A stretch of 64,000 nt of DNA from Lingula anatina (taxonomy: Eukaryota > Animalia > Brachiopoda): positions 22,320,001 to 22,384,000 of the forward strand of contig CM120645.1 of assembly GCA_051362555.1 (NCBI GenBank), written 5' to 3'. Positions 16,001 to 28,000 of the stretch are shown one piece after another. The translations under genes and the position numbers were made by a program. The stretch's first letter is position 1. Each line of letters starts with the position of its first letter. The notes below the pieces were generated by a model that saw only the letters and a program-made list of their open reading frames with translations, ran no database searches and was not told where the DNA came from.

Positions 16001-19000
16001 GCCGTTGCTGGATGACGTCACCCGGAAATCAAGGCGAATTCTGCATGGCATTGGGAGCAGGCCACTTTCTGAAGAGTTTGATCAAAGTTTCAATTTGTTT
16101 GATGGTGAGTAATGTTACATTTTTTCAAGCAAATATGATTTGTTATTATTACGTGTATAAAACGTTAAATGGATTCTCGCAGTTTACTACAAAGTTTTTT
16201 TTTCTCTTCTAAGCCTTTCACTGTCTTTTAATATCTCTTGTTTTTGGTTATTCCAAGTGTCAGAGTATTATTCCATCAAAATCCCCATTAACAATAGAAA
16301 AACACCATCCATGTAAATAAATAAATAATAAAACATCATGCTACATGTATTGAGGAGTAGATCAGAATAACGCCACTACTTGCGCATTCTAATTACAACT
16401 ACCATGTAGATAAAATGCGTTCCCTTAATTTCTAACCGCTCTATAGTCCCGTCGATCAGCCATGATGGCAAATCCCACCGGAATAAATTTATCGACTATC
16501 CGATCCACAGGGACAGTGGTATTCAATCACCCATGTCTTCACCGGTGGTAAGACTTCCCCATGTATTATGCAGGGTCAGTTAATGTACAGCGATTTGCTG
16601 CCTTTATTAACTGCCATCATGGTTCGTCAAACGACAGTTTAATGTAAGGCCTGCATCGTACATGGCGGCACGACGGATGAGTAACCTTACTTACTGAACC
16701 CTGAATAACACGTGATCATTAGGCTGTTGATGGCTTCTTTCATAAACAGTTGATCGATATTTTGAAGTCTGTACTAATTACTTAAAAGATATACATTTAT
16801 TTGCCGCGTTTTGCAATCAATGATGTTAATATGATTGTGGACCCAGTGCCTGCTTTCGTTAGTTTGATACGTTAATTGGACAGTTTGATTACCGCCTTTG
16901 TCATTATTTTAAATGATTAATGACGGCATTATTTTCAATCGTGTGTGGCATCAAGTCTACTGTATTTTAACATGATATTTATTTAAACAGCCTTGTTGTC
17001 TTGCTTAACGATTTTATGCTGCAACTGTTTTGTTTCGATTTTCTGTTTGCGATGCGCACGGATGGCTGTCATTGAGAAAATAACATCAAAGCGTTTCTCA
17101 GGAAATTTAAACTTGGAAATCGACAAGTTGGAAATTGACGGCAATCATTTTTTCGATTTTTTTTCGTAGCTATGCACATTAATCTTTCTGTGTGTTCCTT
17201 AGATGTTGAATATCTGAATTCAAAAATCGGGAAGACCATAAAAGGATTCTGACATCAAAAAGCCCATTTGTAGTGTTAATAACTCTCGAGAAGACGACGC
17301 ATAGGTTTGTTGTCGTATGTTTTAAGAATCTCTGGCAAACTTTTCCTGGGGTAGTAGCTTCAGTCTGTACCGTATCACTCCATGTATCACAGCACACTTA
17401 TTACATCTTACTCAGGTCCGTGGGCAGTGGTGTTCGAAGGGTTCCTTTTGTGACTGCTTAAATAAAATGTGAACTAGGTTCTGTGCCAAGTTTTAAGTTG
17501 GGTCAATGATTAGGGAGAAATGTGAAACTGCCGGTTAATAACAGGCCTGTAACAACCTGTATTTTATTTAGTACGTACGGTCTGATAGCCTTTGTATGGT
17601 TTGAAGAAATATGTATTCAAAAACATTTTATCCACCTTGGTCCAAGAACTACCTGGCTGCGGTAGGCAGCGCCATAGCGTGAAAAGGTATCAGTTGGCAA
17701 TAAGAATCAATTCATTTTGACAAGAAAACCTCCCCCGACGCCATACCTACGTGGACACATCCTTTACGCTGGAGTGACATAACTAGTACAATTTATGCCC
17801 TGAAAAGATCTCTCCCAACCTCATGCAACGATCTAAGCATATTGAGATTTAATTACTTCTGGGATTACTAACCTGCAAATTGAGGAAAGCGTGCATGCCT
17901 ATTTTGGGCTGATATTGATCTGACGTTGTGTGAATCACACGATCATATATGTCGTACTAGTGTAAAAAGTAAAAAAAAAATGACATACTGTAAGTATTCT
18001 CCTTGACATAGATATTGACTTTCAATAAACACCTGTATCTTTTTCCTTTCTTTTTTTTCTTTCTCCTTCTTATTTTTTTATCTATTGCTTTTATCGTGGA
18101 AGCCTATTTGTATTAAGAGATGTTGATATACTTAATGCTATGAAAGGGATAAATTTATGTTCCTGAAATGCCACATCCGCCCAAGTTTAACAAGTTATAA
18201 AAACAAGAATTGCAGAGAGAAAACGCACATGATTTTTAGTAACATTTATTTTTATCTATCTCATTTACTTATTAAAATGTGTTTAATTCATTTTTTCGTT
18301 GTTTTAGCTATGCATAGATACGACAGCACGGACAGTTTGGGAGACCCCAATGAACGGCTGATGGAACACCTCACCGAGGGCGGTATTACCATACTCAAAC
18401 AGATGGACAGGAAAAAACACGTAGGTTAACACTTTGAAATAATATTAATATATAATAAAATTATATTAAGGTATTATAAAGAGGCTGAAATATGTATGTT
18501 TTGGAATAGCGTGTATCCGGAATTATCGTTTATCTCGGTCAAATGTAAAGAAGCAGAACCCACCTTTAATATTTGCAGCTTGTAACATTAACTATTTAAA
18601 GAATTATGAAAAATCTTTGCGTCAGCCTCTTAAACCATTTTATAGAAATTCCACGTCTTAAAATCAAGAATTTAAAACTGATCTTATTTCCCATCCGTCA
18701 ACCTGTACATCACTGTCCATCTCACGACAGATGTAATTGACCATATTCCAGACGATTCCATTAAGACCAGCTGTTTAAGTACATTTTAATTTAATATTTC
18801 CGTGAAAAACATCAAAATATACTCTGGAGGTTTCCTTCGTTCTTAGAGAAATATCGCCAAGCAATATCGCACTGATCATGAATAAAGTCGATCTTGGCGT
18901 GCAAGAAGACACGTGTCCATAACCGCGATAGTGTGGCAGAATTACACGTGAGACAAAATGTATGTTAACAATTCCGGGAAATACAATAGTAAGGAAATTG

Positions 19001-22000
19001 AAAAAGGGGAGTCTGCTTGAACTCCGGTACCCTCATCTATCAATTCCATGCTTCCAATAACATTTATTTGATGCGATGAGAAGAGCGTGCACTGAATACA
19101 CAGCGATCAATCCAATGATAGCGAGAGGAGTATTCATTATCTGGTTTACATTAAACGGAACCTTGACAGACTTTTCTTAAGAAAAAATCCACCATTTTGG
19201 TGACCCAGTTTGTATCTTGTTCCATTAATTATCGAAATGCAGTTTTATGTTGCCAATGCAATGGCCTGCTCAGATTCTGGTTCTTGATGTGATGCCGAAG
19301 TAAGATGGCGACAGTCGCAGGCCTATTTCAGAACGCCTCAGCAGACGACAATGCAAATTAGAGTGACAACGTTGACTCACCTCGCGAGTCAACCTCAGGG
19401 AAATCGTGACTCAAGAATAATAATTGAGAATAATTGGACGTCGTTAATATTAATAAGCTTTGCTTTACTTGGGGGTTTATTGGAAGCCACCTGGTGTGCT
19501 TCGGGTAAGGCCAGAAAACATTAAATTATTGAACTAAAGAAGCCGTACGCATGTTAAATACAATTTGGGCTCAGTTAGGGATAATCTTTGGCATTCGAGA
19601 CTTGGGGGAATGTCCGGAATACCAAAGTGTTAGCACTTTATGGCGAAGATTGCTATGAATCCTTTAAAAGGCGCTGGATCTGGCATATATGAGGATTCTT
19701 GTAAACTGTTTACAGGCTCCTTTTTCTCTTGTAACACGTCCAGTACACGCTAAATATTAAACAAAAGACATAATATATACCACATCCAAGCCGATATTTC
19801 CTTACAGGGTTTTAACAGTACAGGATTTTTTTATTTATTCCTAAATATTATTATTCAACAATATCTGCCCGTCCATCTCACTGTAAACTTACGCCACATT
19901 TCCATAAAATGTGCATGTATCAGCCGTTTCTCCGCAAGTCCCAGTTGGCTGTCGACAATCATTTATGGAGGTCGATCAGCCAGCCGCTAATTCAATCAAT
20001 GATGCCTGCAGAGCAAACTAATATTATTGAGTTAGCATGCTTAATGGTGATCCATGGGCTGCTGTTCCACGTCCAGCCGTATAAGAACGATGCGTTGGAT
20101 GTACAATAGGCTTTTGCTTGGAAAACATACCCATTTTGTGTGATGCATGTAGATCAACTTGGGGGCCTCATCAATGTTAATTATGCTCTGTTGCCTTTAA
20201 TTTCTTTAGAAGCATAAGCACTGCATGACCGGTATCCCTTAATGTGTATATATGCCTTGTTATTCTTCCTCGACGATCTCATGGTAGATACAGAAAATGG
20301 TTCGTCGTTATTCAAATAAAAAGCATTTGACTTATTGAAAGAAACAGATTTGGCAAAAGCTACATTAATGAAATTGCTTCTGGGTTTGTTATTCTGAACA
20401 CGATGTGGTTTTGGTCGCTGTGAAAAGTGGAAATGGGTCAGTCCCACAACCAAGTTAAGGTCCTAACAATTTAAATTACAAGGGCACTTTACTCGACCTG
20501 TCTTACAGAATATTTGCACGGGTTCTTCTACCATCTTTTATCCACGTGCGCCATGTGTCATCAGGGGTGATTCGGTAGATTTTATATCTTCATACTTGTT
20601 CTCTCAACATCTCAAAAAGAAAAGAAAGAAAAAAAGAAAAAAAGAGAAAAAAAGAAAATCAATCTGTAATGGTGTTCTGATTTTCATAACCTTAACCTTG
20701 CACACGTGCTTGTTATCACGCAAAACAACAAATCACAGAAAAATATTCCAGCACGCCATTGAGATAAAATGAAACAATTCTTGTCTGCATACATGGTAAA
20801 GGCGATTGCCACTGAGTTTATTTCTTGTAATTTTTCAGCCTCCTCCTCTGGAGGAGAAGAGATACCCGTTCCCTACTAAGCGCATCCTCCTAACCCGTGA
20901 CCCCAAAGACCGTTCTTACAGAGGTGGGTTGCACTGGTTTTCCTTGGACAAGAAGAACCCCGGCAAGTCACGTGATAATGTTTCACATTTTTTTACGTTT
21001 TACTCTATTATTGTCTCTATACAGTAATTTATTGTTGTTATTAGTTTTTTTTATCAGAGCTTGAGTAATTGTACAATTTTTTTCTTTGCTTTATTAGCCT
21101 TACTGTTTGATCCTTTATATCATTTAAAAGTCGTGCCATTTGTATTACACTCTATATTAAAACTTACTGAACTTACGTCAATGTAGTCATTTTATGAAGA
21201 AAATCTAACATTTTGATATTTCATTCCGATTCTCTTCGTATTTTGATTTACACCAGTGCATTTCTCTTTTTGTGATGGAATGTTTTTAAAACTATATTTG
21301 TTGGTTTTAAATCAGAATGTCTGTTTGGGAAATATTTAGGCAATTACTATAATATCAGTTTATATATATTTTTTGATAAATGACAAAAAACACGTGTTAG
21401 GCACTACTGATCTAATTTTTCAACCAGTTGAGACAGTACTGTATACTTTTTGAGGAATTCCTTCGCATCATTTATCAAGCATTCTTACATCGAAATCTAT
21501 TATGATTATCAAATAACAAAAGAAAGCAGCAAACTGAAGGCTGGTCGATAAAGAACCGGGCCTGGTTATTTGAGGACATGAAAGAAAATGTTTCCGAGGC
21601 GTGGAGAGCGTGTTGAAGTGCGTGCCATGTAGACGTAGATACAGTGTATAGGGCGGAACCTTAATGATGAGGATTTGGCGTGTAAACATATTTTTGCTTA
21701 TTATATATGTAGTGCTTTTTTTATTGATTATGCACATTGCACAGCCATCAACACCTCTATCCCCTTATAGAAATGCTTTGCATAATAATGCTTTAAATAT
21801 GTTATACGTAAGCGTTTGATTTGATTTTCCGGTCTTAAAGATTTTGGATCATTTACAGGCTTTGAAATATCAGTAAATAAACCCTGTCGGTACAAGTCAC
21901 GATGTTCAACGAGCCCTGGGCTAGAGAAGCGAATAAATCATGGCATAGATATTTTAATAGAAATGAGAGATTACATTTTCCTAACTATATTTTGAAGTTA

Positions 22001-25000
22001 GTTCTATTACTTGGCTTTAAATTAGACCTTTTTCCCTTATTTGATATTCCTATTATTGAACTTTTTGCCTTGGTCAACTTAATAACGGGATTTCATGGAT
22101 TTTTTAGGTAACAGTGTTGGCTTGAAGATCGTTGGTGGTAAATTCATCCCTGGGACTAACGAAGTTGGCGCTTACGTTGCCAAAATTTACCCCGGCGGTG
22201 TCGCCCATCAGCTACATGGAGAATTACAAGAAGGTAATGAAATATCTTCAGAAAGGGGAACGCGTGTTTGTCAAAGCTGCAAACAAAGCCCCTCTAAAAC
22301 AAGCTGATAATGAGAATGTAACAAACTGCACAGTGCGAGAGATCGGATGTGGTTTGGTTACAACAGTAAGGGCAACCTTTAATTTGGGTGAAATGTGCAT
22401 GTATGCTAAGACTTGTATATTGCGCAATGTTGCAATTGTTGGATGAACCAGGGAATAGTCTGTATTGGCTGTAAGCCGAAGCCAAATCGATGTGTCGATT
22501 TAACCTTAAGTGTCGTTTTGGTGGTGATGAAATATTGAGTAAAAGCAAACCCTAAAGTCAATAACAGAATTGACCTGACCGTGCTGCTTCATTGCACAAA
22601 GTAAACGGGGTTTTTAGAGCGTTTAAAAGACTGGAAAGTAAACATCTTTTAACAATATGTATTGCGTTTTTTATGCTTCGTTACCAATAAATTACAATGT
22701 AAAATTCATATACAGTTATCAGCGCGTCATCAGTGTAAGCAATCAAATTATCTAGTGACTGAAGCTGCTTGATAGTGATTAAACTGATCACTCTAATATC
22801 GTTACCTGTTAAATAGGTGATCACATACTGGAGTGGAACGGAATCCCTCTCACTGGTAAAACGTACGAAGAGGTCCAGAAAGTAGTGTCAATTCCAAATG
22901 GAGAAATAGATATCGTGGTGAAAGTGTGAGTATAAACATTATAAACATCTCTCTCTCTCTCTCTCTCTCGCTCTCTTAACAGACACACATTTTCTTTGCC
23001 AATTTATCTAATGAAATACAGTAAAGGAACCATCTCCATTGTAATATTTTAGACATTCTTCTTTTGTCTGTGGAAAAACGAGCCAACTTAATTTTTTTTT
23101 TTTTTTTTTGCACTTAACGCGCATTTTTCTAATGGAAAAAAACACCAGCCAATATATGTGACCGTAACACTATCCATGCTGCATAAGACAAACGACCACG
23201 TTCAACACGATCAGTGTCTGCGGTATGTCTTACTCTGGCTGTCTAGCCTGCTATGTACTAGCACCTACAGAACGGAAGAAAAGCAGACACTGGTTGACTT
23301 AAAATACTATCAATCATTTCATTACTAAACATTTTCTACATTTCTCATTCTTTCACGTTACATGTAATACCCCGGTAGTTTGTATTGAGATGCATCGGGA
23401 CAAAATGTAGGAATTTATCAAAATCGGATAACTGAGGAAATGTCTTCAAATTCAAACATATGGATCTTTGTACTAAATTTTAAGGAAATTTAATTTGCAG
23501 TAAAGCTACTTTTTATAAGAAAATGTGGGAAATTAAAATCATATTTTAGACTCTCTAAAGTAACAGCTCCAAAGACTACAGAATATATGTAACTCTCCGT
23601 GGCATTTGTTTCACAAGCACAGTGTAAAACATAGCCTATCGATTTTTTAAGTTCTTGAATTTTCCTTTTTTTATCCTTTGCATATGTTGCGTAGTGGGAG
23701 CAATCTCCTAAGCCCGGAGAAATCAGGCACTATCTCCAGCAGTCAGTCTTCCTACGACAATCTCGAGTTTGTCAGTGCGGACGACTTGGATAACCTGGGT
23801 ACGTACATCTCACCATAATACAGGTGGTCTTTTCAAAACCTCAGTGACTCAGGTTGTTGTTTACATTGTTATATAGTAGCTGCAAGATGCTTTGCTTTAT
23901 TTCAGACCAAGAATTATGTACATAATTGGCATACTATAAAAGGCATTTTTATTTTTAAAATGTGATATATTTTTCTTCATAATGGACTGAACTGTTTCTT
24001 ACAATTACACATCTCCCTACAGTTTCTCTCCATTCGAAATTACACGCATTATTATTTCCAGACAACTACGTCGTTATGCACAAGGACCCTCCACCGAAAC
24101 GCGGCGTGGACCCAAAGACTCTGGCGGCCCACTTGGAGGGTGCAAAAGAGAGAACGTCCTCCCCGGCCGTCTCCCCGTCGTCCTCCCACCCCGAGGTTTT
24201 CCTGACCCCCAGCGCTTCCACGCCTTCACCGCTGTCAGACGTTCCGGAGACTTCGAAACAACCAAAGGTACATATGGTCCCTCCAGTGGTCATTACATAG
24301 TCGCTGGTAATACTTTCTGGGCTCTTGCGAGGCTGCGCCATTAAAATAAAGGATCCTCTTTAATCAATAGATATCGCGAGGTCAAAGGTCATAATACGCT
24401 GTTTTTTATCTTTGTTATAAATAATGACCAAACTGGACGTAAATGGTGATGTTAAATTATAATAAAAGGTTTTGATCTTGATAGCCATTCCAGAAATTAT
24501 TCATGCCCCTAAATACATTTGGTATTATTTTTTTAACAAATAATGGTGTAGGACATCGTCCTTTTTTTCCCTCTGTCACACACTTCTGCACACTCCGTAT
24601 GAAGGCCGTAATAGAAGAACAGGTTGAGCAGACAATGACACGTCTAATCAATAACCACTTTAGGCATTTTGTAATGTTGCATCCCTCATGTAATCGCGAA
24701 GGATAATATAGGTCATTTTCCGTTGTCAGTAAGGTTATTTACATCTCATTCTACTACTGGGTGATTAAATGCTAGCGATAAATGGCGCTTTTGTCTAAGC
24801 ATCTGTCGCGATTCCAGTGCTCGGTAGCCATTTTAAGAGATAATGCTTACTTTGCTTATGTAACAGTAAAACATTTTAGCCCCGGGGCCGCTATTCTCGT
24901 CTGCCGTACATTTGTACATGGGTGTGAACACTTTCCCTAAGTCCTTTCCTATGTACCAATTGATCGGCCGTCATTTTGCGGGGTTTTTCTCTGTAACCAT

Positions 25001-28000
25001 ATGCACGCTTGAGGCAGTGAAATGTTTCATGAAAAACGAGGTGGCGATTTCGCTATCTTAGCGTACGCTTGGCGTCACCAAGTATTCCTCGGCTGGTTGT
25101 TTGTAATGCAACTTGTAACGCGTTGCCTACTGGGGGGTTTCAACACAATTGTGTCACGTAGCACGTTTTCTTTGCACTTTTGATTAACTTCTTTATATTA
25201 ACTCTCACTTTCCGAGCGGAGATTTTTTTTCATTAAAGCTTCTGCGTTACTAATTTCCTAGGCCAACACTTTTTCTTTTCCTTCATCTGTGGTAAGGAAG
25301 CACATTGTAGCCTACAAATTTTGAATTACGATACAAAATATGTAAAAAAATGTAATCTTAGCAGATTCAGTGTAAATTCTCCTCTGAATCTAGCCCTTGT
25401 GATATCAGAAGAGGGATATAATTTTAGACAGAAAAGTGAGCTACATGTATTTTGAACCCCACGGCTTTAGCACGGGATTATGGGCGGCCAAAAGGGCAAA
25501 AAATCATGTCGTCGATTCAGTTATGTTTCGTCGATTCACTGCCTTCCCATCGATTCAGTTTCAAGTTTAAACGATCCTGTCATAAATTCAACATCTACTT
25601 TCGTCAATTCAACTGTCAAATATTTCTCATCTACGGTGTATTAAAACCAATGCTGTCACTATTTTCGTCGATCGTGTAACTATTCTCGTCGATCGTCTAA
25701 TCTCGTCGATCGTGTAACTATTCTCATCGATCGTCTAATCTCGTCGATCGTGTAACTATTCTCATCGATCGTCTATTCTCGTCGATCGTCTCATCGATCG
25801 ATCGCCAGAGGGCGCTGCGGTAGCACATTGGCCTATCACATGACTATCAAAATGGCAGACAACAAAATGATTGCTAGTGAAATAACATTTTCTCAACAAT
25901 TTCAATTTTAGTTGTTAATAATTAAAAGATATTCGGTTGTAAGGACATTATTTTCTAGTTGTGCTTAACTCTGACCATGGCTGGCCGAGTTAAAAATTAC
26001 CGCGTGATTGACAGACAGAAGCACGTGTTGCTACCGCAGCGCCCTCTGGCGATCGATCGATGAGACGATCGATGAGAATAGTTACACGATCGACGAGATT
26101 AGACGATCGACGAGAATAGTTACACGATCGACGAAAACAATTTGACGATCGACGAGATTAGTTACACGATCGACGAAAATAGTGACAGCATTGGTTTTAT
26201 TACACCATAGATGAGAAATGTTTGACAATTGAATTGACGAAAGTAGATGTTGAATTTATGACAGGATCGTTTAAACTTGAAACTGAATCGATGGGAAGGC
26301 AGTGAATCGACGAAACATAACTGAATCGACGACATGAATTTTTGCCCTTTTGGCCGCCCATACGGGATCCCACTGTGTAAACTTTAATTTATGTGCGCGG
26401 GAATAATACACGTGTCATGTTGACGTAGAAGAAATGAAAATCTCGGTTTGGGAAGTGAAAACAGTATTTTATTTGTGTGGCGTGTGTATTAGGTTTGCTT
26501 TCACCTTCGTTTCAGGCGGTTGGTACTTCTGCACGCCCTTGTGCACAATGCTCCTGCTGCCACCTATCTTCCGTTACATCTTCTGGGTACGTTTTCTAAT
26601 CTCTTTTACCTCCCTCTTCTCTGTTTGCTTCCATTCTGTGTGGCAGGGTAGGTCAACCTCCCCGCAAAAGCCTCGCTTTGAGTGCAGCTTCCCCCTGCTT
26701 CATATATTGATGGCTTTATTACGAGATCTTCTCAACTTAAATGGGTATAGAAACGCCGTTTTGTTTGTACGGAAATAAGATGCGGTGAAATGCGCCAAAA
26801 AGAGAAAAGAAAAAGCATTTTCTCTCAGTTTGATAATGAAAAATTTGTGTTTGAAACGAATGTAGGGTCTTGTGCTTTTGCTTGGAGCTTGACTTTGCCA
26901 TTTCCAGATAGTTGATATGTTTTCCTTATTTTATAGCTGATACACAATCCATTTAGTTCGTTCCCCCCCCCCCAACTTTCCCTCACACTTTGCGAAAACC
27001 CCAAATTTACAACACCCCTATCACCATATTTATGTGCCCGTCACAAAACCTTCAGTGTATGTTTACTGTATATTTAAAAAAATACGGCTTCTGGGTTTAA
27101 TGCTCCCCTGGTATTTTATGCATTTGTAACGATAGTATGAATCACTTTTTGTTCCCCAAACAATTTCAAACCATTGCGTTTGTAAAGTTTTTGATCACAA
27201 ATATATTTATATATCTGTATTTACACCAAAAATTCAGCAGTTAACCATCCCAACAACAGGCAAAATTCCTAGACAAATGCAGTAAAAATGAACTAAACAA
27301 GAAAAAAAATAGAAGCCGACATTCTGTCTTTTGCAATGAAATGGCGGTTCCTTTCCAGAAGCAACGGGGCGGCAACAGCGGAGAAAAGCGGTACTTGGGG
27401 GATTTGCAGCTGCAGCTCAGTTACGACAACCGTGACCAATCTCTTAACGTCCATATCATTCAGGCTAGGAACCTTCTGCCAAAAGACAGACTGACCGGCT
27501 GCTCGGATCCTTTCGTCAAGGTGTATTTGTTACCGGACAGAAAGTGAGTAACATCGGTGCTGAATATGACTCTTTTCACAACCGAGTTGATCTGGGAACA
27601 AACTAAGCCGCGGATCAAATATGGTGTGACCCATTTGAAAGCATCCCGTATGACCCGCACGTTACCCTTTGCAACTGCAGGGACGGCGGGCATTGGAGGG
27701 GGAATAAATTAGGGGATAATGCAGCATGCTTTCAAGTGCTGAGTTTGTTCGTGGATCAACTTGGTTGTGAACACAGCCTAGGAGTAAATGTTCAAAGTCA
27801 ATGAGGTACATGCAAACAATCATTTAGGTCGTCATCTAGTGAAAGGTCTCAAGTGGAGACAGAAACGTCGTTGGTTTGTCGTTAAAAATAGGTCCACAAG
27901 TGCCGCTATTTGATTTACATATATCCTTGATATTCTGGATTGGAACTGCAATATCTCTCAGGCATACAAACCCGATAATGTTAGGACATCCTTCTCTTTC

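Noticed and set aside
25660-25805. Short repeats resembling a CRISPR array
   Set aside because: No unique spacers, mirrored in the opposite arm of a transposon, eukaryotic context, no cas genes
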